From: Ramazzottius varieornatus
Lineage: Eukaryota > Animalia > Tardigrada
Assembly (NCBI GenBank): GCA_001949185.1
Contig: BDGG01000001.1
Location: 6,485,591-6,549,590 of the forward strand
DNA length: 64,000 nucleotides
Direction: 5' to 3'
Part shown: positions 26,217 to 40,167 of the stretch, one piece after another
Layout: the number at the start of each line of letters is the position of its first letter
Numbering within the stretch: the first letter of the stretch is position 1
Notes under the pieces: generated by a model
Databases searched by the model: none
What the model saw: only the letters and a program-made list of their open reading frames with translations
What the model was told of the DNA's origin: nothing
Program-made: the position numbers and the translations under genes

Positions 26217-27567
26217 TTGGGGGAGTGGCCATTGGGACGAACACGGCTGAAACGCAAACAGCTATTTAGTAAGATCAAAAATGTTCGAAAAAATATTTTT
26301 TTGTTTTAAACAAGTGCCGGTCATGGTAGGCCATACGGTTTAACCTATCAGGCGACGACGTATAAATGTTATCGGCTGGCTAAGGCGATTTGACCATGCT
26401 TTCTATTTGGACATTGGCACTGACGTCACGCTGTTAACCTAATGACCCACCATGACAGAAGACTTCCGCTACCTGGATTTCAGAATCCGAAGTTGAAGTT
26501 ACTCCCGGAAGCGGATATCAGACGAGCCAGGCCGTCGAAGATATTCTAGTCGTAGTTGTCCGAATAGCCCAACAAACCAGAAACAGGAATAAAGGGACAA
26601 ACTACTACAGTGATAAACCGAACGAAAACTCGCTGTTTTCCAAAAAAGCGGCATAATGATTTTTCGGAAATCAATCCGGTTAGCTTGGAACTTCAATCAG
26701 TCGAGAACCAAGTTGTAAGAAGGGCTACTCGACTCATAACGTGACTCATGGTTGACAGTGTGCCCGACTGGGCTCTGGGTTTAGTAAGTGCGTGTCACGA
26801 GGTTCTACTAGCCAGTGCGGTATATCGCGTGACATTTCGCTCCGCAGATCCCATCTGTACCCCCCCCCCCACCCCCTGACAATCCAGAGGTTGATACGGC
26901 GCTCGAGCAGAGCAAGAAACCGGATTAGCGCAAGAATGAGCCAATTGAAAGGGAACACGTGGGCGGAGCCGAACCGACTGAACCCACTAATGTGCACGGT
27001 GCTTATTTCTCGAGTAAGGCATATGAGCCGTTACTCGAGTGCGTAAGAAATCCGAGTAACGTTCCAACTAAGCTTTTCTGTGGGTATCTCTTCCCAAAAG
27101 TTTTTAAAATCCTCAGATTTGTTTTCAAGGCGTCCCACCGAGGTGCCAACTGCCCATCTAACTGCATCTTTCAGGATTTAACGTCGGTTATTAATTATTC
27201 GTCAAACTGTAGCAACGACTGCACGCTTGACTGTGACTTTGTCAGCCTAGAAAACAATGAAAATCTCAGTTTGACTGTGGGTGTAACTGTAGCTTTCGAA
27301 ATTCGGTGAGACTGCATCTTCAACTGTGACTTTTGCCACAATAGGAACTGTGTCTCTAACTGTGGCTTTTGCCACTTTCTGGATTTTACTTTACCTTTAA
27401 CTGCTGCTTTTCGTATCAAGATTCACTTGAGCTTTAAGCAGTCGGAACTGGAAATCACCTTTTCCGTTGCTGCATCAGAAATGGAAACTTCGTGTGATTT
27501 GACATCGCATCTTACCAAAAAGTCATTAATTACGAAAATCGATGGGGGTTTTGCAAAACCTTCCTAC

Positions 27568-28600
27568 TACGGCCCAGGCCTAGAGCACGGAATCTGGCCG
27601 CATGCGTTGCACCGCACTGGTGCTGTGCTGTGCAGCACAGCTGCAGCGCGTGAACTGACGAAATTTGTGCGGCACAGCACAGCATACAGCAGAAAGCCAC
27701 AGACTACCGCCCAGATGCACCTACCGAAACCTAACAAAAATTACAGTTTTTGGGCATTGGAACGTCAGCCGTCTCACCTTTACCGTACTTTAGGGCAACG
27801 TTCTCCAGGTTGACTACGATTTTGCTGACTGAATTACAATCCACGTCAATACATCGGTGTTCCGCGCAGTTGCACCAGGTCAACGTGCATCTGCACCACA
27901 GCTGCTTAGCCACTGGGCATGAAAGTTGTGCAGCACAGCGCAGCGTACAGCGCCCTGGTGATGTGTGCAGCACAGTTACAGCGTACTTTTGGACCTGCGG
28001 CCCAGTGCTCTAGGCCGTAGGTCGAAAAGCATGCTGCATCTGCGCTGCGCCCTTTTCCGGTACTCGGCAACTGCGCTCCGCAAATCTGAACCGGAGGGAC
28101 GGTGCAGCTGCGCTGCACCTTACTGTACCTGCGAGACAACTGCGCTGCGGTTTTAATGACAAATTTACATCAAATCACTTGACATCATTCTCAAACTCAA
28201 AATTAGAGTGGACAACCATGAGATCGCTTAAAGTTTGAGGAGCTAAACTTGTGCGCTTCTCCGAAGACTCCGATACAGTAGTTCCGGATCTGCTAAACAA
28301 ACGTCCGAAGTGGTAGGGGAAAGCTTGCGCGAGCAGTTGTTGTTTTATGATGGAGCAGTATACACCTAGCAAACAAGGCTTGGATAACGGCCACTAACTG
28401 GGAGATCCTTCGTTCGAAAATTGAAAACTCTCTTTTTGTGTCATTTTCAGCTGCGCTGCCGTAGTTTGCCAGACGCTGCACACAAAGCTCAAAGTGAACG
28501 CTGCAACGGCGCTGCTGCGCAGCGTAGCTGCAGTACAGTACAGGGTACGCGGCCGGATCCCGAGCATGTGCCCAACACCAAGCATGTGCCCAGGGCACAT
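27568..28600. mobile_element. Degraded hAT-derived remnant
   Basis: Inverted CTACGGCC..TAGAGCAC / GTGCTCTAGGCCGTAG (27568-27588 / 28005-28020), many GCTGC/GCAGC motifs, and a hAT dimerisation-like fragment (RLFSRSG..KRTSLAPQTLSDLM) at 28175-28310 (-). No clean TSD. Confidence 0.45.
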
Positions 28601-29698
28601 GCTTGCTCGTTGCGGTTAAGCAATCAATTTACCCATACAGTCCTACCTCCCGGATGTGCCAACTTTTTTCATCGTGTATTCTATTCCAGCCACAACACCA
28701 GCAGGCTAGTGGTCATGATGGTATCAGGGGGAATCTAGGATGGTGGTAAATGTTCGATCAAGGAACGGCCAAACCAACTTCAGTTTTCATCGAACACTGC
28801 AACTGTTGCAGTGTTCGTTAAGGCTACAGGCTTTGGCTGCTGATGAGTTTTGTTGGGTTTTTGATTTTTGATTGGCGCTGTTGGTATATCACATCAGGTT
28901 TCCGGTGAGATGCTGGATTCTTCCTGTCTCCGGCGTTTCAGACCGTTTTCTTCTCCTTATGCGTCCCTGCCTCTCTGAACCAAGTAGGTGCTGATTTCCA
29001 CCTAAGGTGGAACATTCACAGTGGGTGATGGATCATTAGCTGCCTAACTGTTTGTCTCACTGTAGGTTCGGAGAACAAACCTCGAGTCATCCCTTCATCT
29101 CCTTCATCGCTCGTCTCGCCTGACTGCCTGCTTCTGTCGCCGTCTGTCTGCTCATTCTTCCTGAGAATCTTTGTTTCGTTGTGCTCCGTTCTGCTGGTGT
29201 TTCTGCTTCAGGTTAGTGGACATCCAAGCAGAGTCTTACCTTGATAGTCTGCTTGTATGCATGTGCACGTCCCCGAATGGCGCATGTATCGTGGTGCATG
29301 ATAGTTGTGGTTCCGTAGTGTGTGCGTGACAATTACGTACGTACTTTGCGTTTTCACAATTTACTTTTAAGTGGAGTGTGACGTCATCCGATTCGATGGG
29401 CGTGTCGATATTTGGCTGCACTCCAATCATTGGCTGCACCCCAATCAGCGTCGAGACCGTTGTTCGACGTTCTCGTAGGCTAGATTCACCCTGGTACAGT
29501 AGTATCAATTTTGCTCGAGCTGAGTCATGAGAAAATTTTTGAGGTGTCACATCGTGGAGGCCTTCGCTTTTTATAGTAAAGTATGACGCCATCAGTTCTA
29601 ATGGGCGTGTCGATGTGTTTCCGTTCATCTAGCCAGGTTCTGAAACCGCGTTTCCAACTTTCCACTGATCCGATGTTACCGTGTTATGCAGCTGTAAG

Positions 29699-30449
29699 CA
29701 GTGTTGTTCCGGTTATTGTAATTCGTAACTGAAAACGGCCGAATTTGTCGGTTTTTGAATTCCGATATAACTATTCAAATTACAAATTCTGGGTTGGTCA
29801 TTACGATATCAATCGGAATTGAATCGGAATTTCACGAACGAAAAGATATTTTAATGTACAATCGAAATCAAAGATGTTGGTGATTCGAATAATAACTGAC
29901 ACCAAAGAAGCACGCAAAATGCACGTGGATGTATCACTTTCTCGCCTTGTGAAGCACCGCCACTGCTTGATTGAGTGACTAACGGTGCGCCGGTGCACGT
30001 ACACAGCAAAATCACAATGCGTACGAAGTGCAAAGCACAGCTGCAGTTTGCTGTTTCTCCAGTGTGGTTAATTTTCCGCCTATGCGACGCACCGTGGCTG
30101 CTTCATGGAGCATAACAGTCCGTATTGACGACAGCCCTGATGAGCCATCCGTACTGGGTACCTTGGGAACGACGTATTCTCCGCGAAATACCAGAGGGTC
30201 AATCTTAACGCTTACCCATCCGACGCGTGGTACCGAACAGAAATGCTAATTTCATGAAAACTCAAATTGCAAAACACCATCCCAATAATTCAAATAATTT
30301 CAATTTTTGTTAAAACTTGAATTTGATCTGATCGTAATTGATGATCCAGCCAGGACAAGGTACCTGCAATTCAAATTGCTGCTACGCGAGGTATTCCGAT
30401 TAATCTTAATTGCAATTGGAACTGAAAAAGTCGTATCGGAACAACACTG
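29699..30449. mobile_element. hAT MITE (751 bp)
   Basis: 13-bp TIR CAGTGTTGTTCCG; 8-bp TSD GCTGTAAG at 29691-29698 and 30450-30457. Confidence 0.85.
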
Positions 30450-30457
30450 GCTGTAAG

Positions 30458-30929
30458 TAGTGATGAGCATTGCACGCAGATGGGCCGTGTAATGTAAATT
30501 GTAATGTTAAATGGTGTAATTGTAAAATTGTAAATACATTTTACACCAGTTTACATTTTACAAACCGAGTAGTTTATAACGTGTAAAAGTGATATGGAGC
30601 GAGTAAAATGTCAGACCAACAACTACTACGTTTGCACAAAAAATAGTTCTGTGCAATCGTTTTCCAGAAATCGATAAAAATACGGGTCGCAATAGACATA
30701 AGCTTACAAAGTGGCCATATTGACCAAGTTTTTCACAAGTGTCCACGTAAATCAGCCGGGTTTAGATTTTTCGCGGCAAAACGCTCAAACATACCACAGA
30801 TTTTCGGCTTGTAAAACGTGTAATAACATTTTGCACTTACATTACAACTTCCCGGCGGTTGTAATGTCGTGTAAAAGTTTAATTGTTATGTAAAATGTAG
30901 TTTAGTGTAAAATGTAATGCTCACTATTA
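30458..30929. mobile_element. Second, older hAT MITE abutting the first
   Basis: Imperfect TIR (TAGTGATGAGCATTGCA vs TAATAGTGAGCATTACA); TSD GCTGTAAG/GCTGTGAG (30450-30457, 30930-30937); dense TGTAA/TTACA subterminal motifs. Confidence 0.65.
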
Positions 30930-32404
30930 GCTGTGAGACCAGTACGCACGCAAAGTTAACCTCGCTGACACAGTTCGTCTTTTTGTACAGTAGGACGGTT
31001 TATTGTCAGAGTGTTGTCGGAGTGTTTTGTCGGAACATCTTTACTCGATGTCCTGCTATGATATTACTTCCTCATCTTCCCCAAAAAGCCTGCCTTAATG
31101 TATGATATCGTCTCAAGACTCACGATCACATCGGGATACCCCTTTTTTTCTCTTCACTTAGTTTCTCAAGGTACCGATTGATGATTTGCGACATTAATCA
31201 ACCCAATAAACACTTGCTCTCGTTTCATCAGTTTCCGCCCTTTCCTCCATTTCTGTATTTAGCTGAACTGAAGCTTCGCCTGAATGACGGTTGTCTCGGA
31301 TTAATAAAGTTGCTTCATCTCTTCCGAACTTGCCCGTAACAGAAGGATAGCGTAAAGTCCATTCAACGCGGTCATCCACAATCACTTCGTCATGCCTTGG
31401 GTCCACGCACGATATTTCACAGTCAAAGACGGTATGGGGGAGGGGGAGGGTGAGAATCCGGAAGCAAAATACACTGCACGAAGATAATGGCCCACGACGA
31501 TAGTGGCCCACGACGATAGTGTAAAGATCCCCCATGAAAACACACCGAAAGACCAGTTTCGATATCACCATTCAAACGGCGCTCGAACACATCCCCGTCA
31601 TAGCGGGATTATTCCAGAAGTGTATACGCCTGTACGAGCAACAGGACTGAACAACGAATCTGGCATGTGGATATTGTTGATGTACGTGTACACGTACGGC
31701 GGGTAGTTATGGGACACTAAAAATTACACCAATGACGGCAAATGTACATCCCAAACGAGAGCCAGAAATCAAAAATCGAGCGTGTGACGCGACGCAGGGA
31801 AATTTACCGTAGAAAATTGTCATGGACAGTGTCCATCAGCCGATCAGCTGCTGACTTCTACGCTTCGAGGCTACGGATGATTTGTTTTTTCTTCCGAAGA
31901 CGCTCTCGAATTGTCCTTTTTTCAATGTCGCAACCTTTCAAGAGCAATAAACCTCGACAGTAGACCGAAAAATCCTTGAGGGACGCGCTTTATGCTATTC
32001 AGCACGTACGCACAGCAAAGCAGCCTTCAGTGCTGGTTTTTACTTGTGGTAAGAATTACCTGCCCGTGCCGCTGTAGCGAAAAGGCCTGTACCATAATTT
32101 CTAGTGTCCCATAATTCCGTGCGTGTGCAAAGAGTGTCAGATAGACGTTTCCCGGATTCGTGAGAAGGAACAGAAGTATTGTCCACAACCTACACGAAAA
32201 AGTATCATCCCAAGTCGATTTTCTATTTTGGATGCTTGTGCTCGTGCTGTTTAACAATAACACTGATCTTCGGCCTGAACAGTTACTACGAAATTTGAAA
32301 GTGCTGGCGTACGATAGCCAACCGGACATGTCACAGTAAGAGAATTCGAACCGATGGGAGGCGGAACGAAGCAGGACGTGTGGGATAATTTGTGCACTCC
32401 GCAG

Positions 32405-33597
<1,193 letters not shown>

Positions 33598-34188
33598 CAG
33601 TATACGTGGCCAGATAGCGGGCAATTACCCCGCCCCATTTTGTACCCTATAACTAAATCGGGGAAGTTGTTGGAGGGTAATTAGTGCGCCTGTGCTGGAG
33701 TGAGAAGTCGATTTCTCAGATTGACTTAAACCTACCTGTTAGCTTGAGCTCTCTCCGTCTCTGTAGCTGGTGGACCGGGACGTTTCAGCGACCGAACATA
33801 AAATCATGGACGCAAATCAAGTTGCGTCCACTAAAATTTTTGCCATACCCGGGTTTTGACCGAGCTGTTACAGAGTTACTCGTTGGGTGCGGCAGTCGCT
33901 CAGTGTTTATAATCCAAGTTACTTGATCATTTCAGTCTCTTGTGTTTCGGTAAACGTTACAGACTTCTTTACGTGCCCGTGTCCAGGATGGTCAATTACT
34001 TGTTTGTGTACTGTATCGCTCTGGTATCTTTCAAAACTGCTTCGGCTTGTATTGAGGGATGCTTTTGCACGAAATCCGCCGGCTGTCATCGATTGTCTTG
34101 ATCGCGGTCTTCACCAGTTGAAGCTGGAAAACGCAACGTTTGATAAGCGAGTGTATCATATTCTGGCCGCTTACAATTATCTCTTATC

Positions 34189-35290
34189 TTGCACAAGTTG
34201 TTAAACAGAATCTACCATGACCCAAAATCTGTCGGTTCGTTCGGTGGTGTAAGATTGTTGTATCAGGAGTTGAGTAAGAGGAGCAAGTGTCCTGATTTGA
34301 AAAAAGAGTTAAAGCCTGGCTGAAAAAGAACCCTGTCTATACTCTGCATGCACCCGTTAGACGAAATTTTCCGAGAGTGCCTATTGTGGTTGATGGACCT
34401 GGAAATCAGTGGCAAATTGACCTGATCGATGTTAATTCAATCAAGGACCAGAATGATGGTAACGGGTTTATTTTGTCGGCAATTGATGCATTTTCGAGAA
34501 AAGCCTATCTTCAGCCGATCAGCAACAAGACAAAAGAGGCTGTTTTGGCCGGCTTTAGGCAGCTGTACGAGGCGTCAGGAGAGAATATTCAAGTATTGCA
34601 GAGTGATTAGGGTACGGAGTTTTACAACGACAGGTTCCAGCAATATATGCGTCAGAAAAATATTGAGCATTTCTCAACACTGGGCTCTGAGACCAAGGCA
34701 GCGATCGTCGAGCGCTTTCATCGAACAATTATGTAACGGCTGTATCGATACTTTTCATTAGTCGGTAACAAACGCTACGTTGAAGTCCTGCAAAGTTTCG
34801 TGGACCCGTACAATGAAACACCACACAAGACACTGGGCTTCGTTGCACCCAACAATGTGACCGAGAATAACAAGGAAGAGATAAGAAGGCTCTGTATGGA
34901 ACTCACAAAGTCATCTACGCATTTCGGCGTTTGTCCAAGGAGAGGTTTGTACCGGAGCAGTTGGTGCGTGTATCGCTGCAGAAGAAAAGTTTCGAAAAGG
35001 GATTTTTGCAAGGTTGGAGTTCGGAAGTGTATAGAGTTTTATCTGTGGAAAACACCGAGGACGGAGCAGTGCTTTGTTTATTGAAAGGTCTGAAGGAAGA
35101 CGCGGTGAAAGGCCGGTTTTATCCGTGGCAGCTTCAGTCAGTTAATTACACCGAAGACGAGCTCGTTCACGTCCAAGAACTCGACCGGAAAAGGGGAAAA
35201 GTACTGGTGCATTACGTTGGCTGGGATAAAAAATTCGACGAGTGGGTAACGACTAGAAAGTTTAACGGCATGATCAAGAATGTCGCTTAA
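34189..35290 (+). pseudogene. Polinton retroviral-like (rve) integrase with C-terminal chromo-like domain
   Basis: IYHDPKSVGSFGG..WLKKNPVYTLH..WQIDLID (D), AIDAFSR, QSD*GTEF (D), IVERFHRT (E), YNETPH, FEKGFLQGWS, VHYVGWDKKFDEWV; at least two stops and two frameshifts. Confidence 0.9.
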
Positions 35291-36009
35291 CAACTTTATC
35301 ATCACCTTGTCAAGCGATGCCAGCCGTGATTTTTTCCACAGTACCTCCACTGCCTTTACCACTCACTGCCTTTACCACCCACTTGGCGGAGGAACTGCGT
35401 ATCCCTGAATCTGAACTCTGGGAGATGAGTCTTGTCTCTATCCAATGCCCGGAACGCATTGCCACCTTCCCCGAAGATGGGAATGAGCGAAACGTGATGT
35501 TTCGAATGAAGGATGGCAAAAGGTACCAGAAAGTCACACCTCAAGGTTACTATCAGGACGTTGAGGCTCTGTGTAATGCACTGAATCTATTGCCACCAGC
35601 TGCGGCTCAAGTGTTCAAGTACAATGCACTCGACCGAACAGTATCACGGGCACCGAACGACACAGTAATAGCAGTCGAGCTCAGTCCGTATATGAAACGA
35701 TTGTTGGGTATTGAGCAGCCATTTGGCTTACGGGAAGCTTCTCTGACGACCCACACCGACACAGTCTATGTTTACTGTAATTTGATTCGATCTCAGCTGG
35801 TGGGAAATACAAAGGCACAAGTTCTCGCTGTGGTTTCCGCTGAGAGCGTGACCCGGGGCCGAATGTGCCAGGGAAGTGGATCATTCGTCCCGATCGCTGA
35901 CAACTCATTCGACAAAATTATTGTAGAACTGGCCGACAGTACTGGTCGGATCATTCCCTTCGCTGACGGCATTACAACTGTGCGACTAAGATTTCGCAAA
36001 AGAGCCTAA
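35280..36009 (+). pseudogene. Polinton minor capsid (penton-like) protein
   Basis: True start is probably ATG 35280 (MSLNNFIITLSSDAS...), with a frameshift near 35350; then WEMSLVSIQCP, VYVYCNLIRSQLVG, ELADSTGRIIPFADG..LRFR. Confidence 0.78.
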
Positions 36010-36011
36010 CG

Positions 36012-36542
36012 ATGGAAAGTAACTTTGAATCGTCTGCCATTCCTGCACATGTTTTCGTTCAGCTATTACAGTCAACCGGCGGCTCCATACCAAACTTCGT
36101 CGACATTGGCGCACAAGTAGGGCACGGATTCTTCGGAAATTTATTTGGCGCCGTTGCTCGAGGTGTCAAAAGTGCACTGATTCCAGCGCTATCTAACATA
36201 GGAAAATCAGTCATATGCGACGTGGTCGGTGGCCATGACTTTGCTACTAGCGCTATTCACCGCACGGGCACGGCCGTCATCAAAGGCCTGACGGGAATCG
36301 CGCGACAGACCGGATCAGGACGCAAGCGTCGAGCGAAGAAGGCGAAGCCAGTGGTCGTCGGCATCACCAAACCAAAACGCAAACGAAAGTCAGTCGCGAA
36401 AAAGGCAGTGTCGAAGAAGAAACCTCGCAAATCGAGCAAAAAGAAGGCCTCTCGCAAGAAAAAGACAAACAAGAAAGCCCGTGGAGTACCACTTGCGAAA
36501 CTCATTCAACATTCTTCCCGCAGCAACCCCTTTGCAGCCTAA
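36012..36542 (+). CDS. Polinton basic core/virion protein (QxGxG motifs, amphipathic helix, Lys-rich tail)
   Basis: Intact 176-aa ORF between the capsid genes; QVGHG-FFGNLFGAVARG, QTGSG-RKRR, then a K/R-rich tail. Confidence 0.7.
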   Translation: MESNFESSAIPAHVFVQLLQSTGGSIPNFVDIGAQVGHGFFGNLFGAVARGVKSALIPALSNIGKSVICDVVGGHDFATSAIHRTGTAVIKGLTGIARQTGSGRKRRAKKAKPVVVGITKPKRKRKSVAKKAVSKKKPRKSSKKKASRKKKTNKKARGVPLAKLIQHSSRSNPFAA

Positions 36543-36544
36543 TC

Positions 36545-37872
36545 ATGGCCAAAGTACATCCTGTCTCAGCGGACTGTGTTAACACTGCTGTCGAGTACTG
36601 GAATAGCGTACCCCCTACACAGTCATATATGGATACGGGAAAATGGATATATGTAAATCCAGTGGGTAATCGTCTCAACATGGAATCCATCAGTTTTGAA
36701 GTTACGGGCAGCCCTGACGAATTTGTTGACCTATATAATTCCTACCTTCTGTGGGACTTTAAAGTTCGAAAGGCCGATGGTCTCTTTATAGTTCCCGACA
36801 CCGTTACCTACGGGCCTATCAACATGATTGCCAGTACCATGTGGCAAACAGAGGACTTTTATTTGATCGGGGAGCGGGTAACTGGGGTGTCGCAGCTGGC
36901 TAACTTTGCTAATTACGCCGAGGCGTTGTTGGGCTACGGACCATCCTCTAAAGAGCAGTTGGAGCTACAAGGCTTTCACCTTGACACTGCCGGCAGTCAT
37001 GATACTACCGTGACCACTCCGACGAATGCGGCCATGACCAACTCCGGACTGCGAAATCGGTATAACCGACTGAAAGGGGACCAAACGTGGAAGTTATGCT
37101 CTAGGTTCCCTAGTGAACTAGCCAAACAGCCTCTGCTTATTCCAAACCGAATGGATATCAAGCTCATTCTGCATCGTGCCAATGCGGCATCATACATGAT
37201 GAGTGAGGAGGAAGCACTGGGACTGAAGCTAATCATAACGTCGGCGCAATTAAAGATACGAAAAATGAAGATGGATCCAGAATTTTTGGTTGCCCATGAA
37301 ATGTTGCTGGCCAAGCGAAACGCTTTAATCTTTTTCGAAGAAAAGAATGTGCTAGAGCTGACGATCAACGCCGGAGTCATGAGTTTTGCCAGAGATGATT
37401 TGTTTAGAGGCATTATCCCTAAAAAAGTAATTTTGGCCCTTGTGGACAGCGCCGCTATTGCGGGGCATTACAAGAAAAACCCGCTAAAGGTGGAGTCGGC
37501 CAACCTCAGTCAGGTCGGCTTTATCGTTAACAGCGAAAACTTGCCCTCGCGCCCTCTCCAATTCACGCCCGGAAACGGATTTGAACGGGATGGATACCTC
37601 TCTCTGCTAGAAACCACTGGCCTAATGTTTCAAAATTCGAGCCTGCTCTTTGATCCTGATTTGCTTTGATGGCATTCTCCTTTGAACCCGATCTGGGTCA
37701 TTCGTCCTGTCTGAGTCGACGCCGAACTGGTGTTTTGGGACTTGATTTGCGTTTTCCAGCAGCCTTGCCCAGCACCACGACGCTCATTTGTATTTACTAT
37801 AGAGACAGCATTCTGGAGATTTACCAACGCCGAAACCTGTTCTTGCCCTATAAACGTGTGTGGGAATCATGA
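36545..37872 (+). pseudogene. Polinton major capsid protein (double jelly-roll)
   Basis: VPPTQ..., ISFEVTGSPDEFVDLYNSYL, LLIPNRMDIKLIL, DDLFRGIIPKKVILALVDSAA.GHYKKNP; frameshift/deletion near 37660, then a typical C-terminus (FEPDLG..LDLRF..ILEI). Confidence 0.85.
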
Positions 37873-38444
37873 ACACGTTCGAGTTGTGGGATGCTCTACA
37901 TCATGATCCGCACGGGAAGGATAAGACTGCTGGCGTCTTCCCACGGGATTACCTTGCCAAAATACGCAAACGTCGGTACCCATTTGGTGTCATCATTAAT
38001 ACGTCTAAAGCCAGTGACCGAGACGGCGGTACGCACTGGGTGGCGGTATGGATCGAAAGCGGAAAAGATGCAGAGTTCTTCGACTCATTTGGAAAGACAG
38101 CCATCTTTTACGGCGTTGAGATCCACGACTTTATAACGAGAATGGCACCGCAATTCGTAGGAAAGTACAAAGAAAACTACACTCAATTACAACACCCATC
38201 TTCGGATCTTTGTGGTCTGTTTTCTCTCTATTACCTTTACCACAAATACCGTGGTTATGCCCTACGTCGCATTATATTTAGTTTCACGTATCCAAAAAAT
38301 CTGAAGAGTAACGATGCTTTATTGAGGAAGTTTGCTATTAAGAATCTTCACTTTTGCAACAATGCTAGAAAATGTGTCGATGCAGATGCGCTCAGACTAC
38401 CCGAGATGCACTCTTTGAAAATGTGTAAGATACTAAACAGCTAA
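37869..38444 (+). CDS. Adenain-like (C5) cysteine protease, intact
   Basis: GVFPRD, IINTS, GTHWVA (His), FFDSFG (Asp), LQHPSSDLCG (Gln, Cys); AATAAA overlapping the stop. Confidence 0.9.
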   Translation: MNTFELWDALHHDPHGKDKTAGVFPRDYLAKIRKRRYPFGVIINTSKASDRDGGTHWVAVWIESGKDAEFFDSFGKTAIFYGVEIHDFITRMAPQFVGKYKENYTQLQHPSSDLCGLFSLYYLYHKYRGYALRRIIFSFTYPKNLKSNDALLRKFAIKNLHFCNNARKCVDADALRLPEMHSLKMCKILNS

Positions 38445-38530
38445 TAAAACGACCATCTAACACCGCTACCGTTTTGGTTCGAAATAGGATTAGCCAAGTC
38501 TAATGAGGTGTCTTGCGAAGCGCTCCCGAT

Positions 38531-39139
38531 TCATGGCTGATTCTGTGCAGTGCTGGTCGAAGGTTTCTCACCATAGAGGTCTTTATCCTGCTGCAAAGTG
38601 GCGTACATCGAGCGTCTGTCCTTGTTGGGTATCATGGTAGCAGGCATAAAGTTGCGGGCGAGCAGGTTCATAAACGATTCCAACTGCTGGGGGCGGTAAG
38701 AGTGGTTGATAGGGTTTGTAACCCAGTGGATGAAATCGGCCAAGTTGGCTCCGGTCAGCACGGTTCCGTCGACGACTGGCTCCACTGCGTCGGTAATGTC
38801 CATGCCGATCTCTCGTAGGAAACGAATAAACTTTTCGGCGTGTGATTTCTGAGATTTTCCTACTGTACCAATAACCGTTTCCGCTCGACGGTTCAAGTTA
38901 CTTATGCTAGGTTGCACAGGCAGATTGTTATGTGCAGTGTGCGTCAACTTGCCGGGCATCCGCGTGCACCCGTCCGCGTTATCCATTCACTCGTGAACAT
39001 CCGCCAGCGCAAAGATTTTATTGCGGCTGTTTAAGTCGGTATCTCTGAGTATGTCATCGAAAGGGATACTTGCGCGCCCTCTCGCAACATCAAGGTTCCG
39101 TAACCGCTCCTCGCTTATCAAGTACATTCGACGAGCCAT
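38531..39139 (-). pseudogene. Conserved Polinton hypothetical protein
   Basis: MARRMYLIS... from ATG 39139 with one internal stop before 38986; C-terminal GTVLTGANLADFI..PQQLESFMNLL..NFMP..IPN pattern like other Polinton accessory ORFs. Confidence 0.55.
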
Positions 39140-39140
39140 G

Positions 39141-39470
39141 CTATAAGAGAGATAAGAAAAACTGCAAGGCAGGCGGAAGACAAATCTCCAAGACTCGCAG
39201 ACCCTTTCCTAACAGCAGCTCGCGCTTTTCCTTTCTTGAGTAGCTTTTCTCAGCCAGCTGCTGCAGAATAGGCTGCAACTCTTCCAGCTTGCGACGTGCG
39301 CTTTCGTGCTCAATCTTTACTGTCCCATTTACGATCTGTAGACAGCACTCCGAGATGGCGTCCACGAGCGTGTCATCGGCGTTCTTTAGCAGAGCTTTGG
39401 AAACATTGGCGTCGCCGCGCGACAGTACAGTGAGAAAATCTAAGCTTCTAGCGGTGGCTGTGTCTTCCAT
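39141..39470 (-). CDS. Conserved small Polinton protein
   Basis: 109 aa with LLKNADDTLVDAISECCLQIVNG; abuts both neighbours with 1-nt gaps. Confidence 0.6.
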   Translation of the reverse strand: MEDTATARSLDFLTVLSRGDANVSKALLKNADDTLVDAISECCLQIVNGTVKIEHESARRKLEELQPILQQLAEKSYSRKEKRELLLGKGLRVLEICLPPALQFFLSLL

Positions 39471-39471
39471 T

Positions 39472-40167
39472 TTAGTTGATGGCTTTGAAGACTACAGTAG
39501 ACTTGTAAGGGTTTTCGCCAAAGATATCGGTCATAAGGCGCTCGTCGTCTGCGATGTTGGGGTGTATGAGATATCCGTTGATAATGAGATATCCGTTGTC
39601 CTTGGCCATGCAGTAGTCCACTGCCTCTTCAAAATATTTAGGTCGGCGAGGGAAGAGCTGGTGCCCAAGATGAAGCAGAGGCTCAGAGTCGGAGGCTCCA
39701 CGGAACACAATAATGTACTTGGCATTCAGCCTAATCTCCCTCGCCACTCTACTTTTCCAAAAATGTTATGAATCAGATAAAATATCGATAAGTTTCGATG
39801 ACTGCTTCCATGAATAAACAATGCTGCAGCAAGCTCGTTAACACCCTTATGGAGCATCAGATCGTCAATAACGAGCACGTTGATTTTGTCCGTACTGAAA
39901 AACTCAGATCAGCCTATTGCAACGGGGATACCCTCAAGAAACTCGATTGGTAGTGCGGCATTTGTCAGCGCATCATAAATTGCTTGCCATTGCGCGTATA
40001 ACCAAACAATACGCGTAGGAGTAGACTTTATCGCGTAGCAGAAGTCGTTGCATGAAGGTGGTCTTACCACTGCCGCTCATCCCTGACAATAGTTCTGTTG
40101 CTGGATGTGAAATAGTGCCGTTTAATTGTTTCCATTCCGGTGGTTTTGTTTCCGTAGAAGTTGTCAA
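39472..40167 (-). pseudogene. A32/FtsK-like genome packaging ATPase
   Basis: Walker A GMSGSGKT, Walker B LVIDDLM, HGSSHRNLS, REIRLNAKYIIVF; stops and frameshifts. Confidence 0.88.

Noticed and set aside
21863-26878. CAGGG...CCCTG ends for the hAT-like/SGNH element
   Set aside because: Similarity is mostly a G-run and the flanks show no 8-bp duplication.
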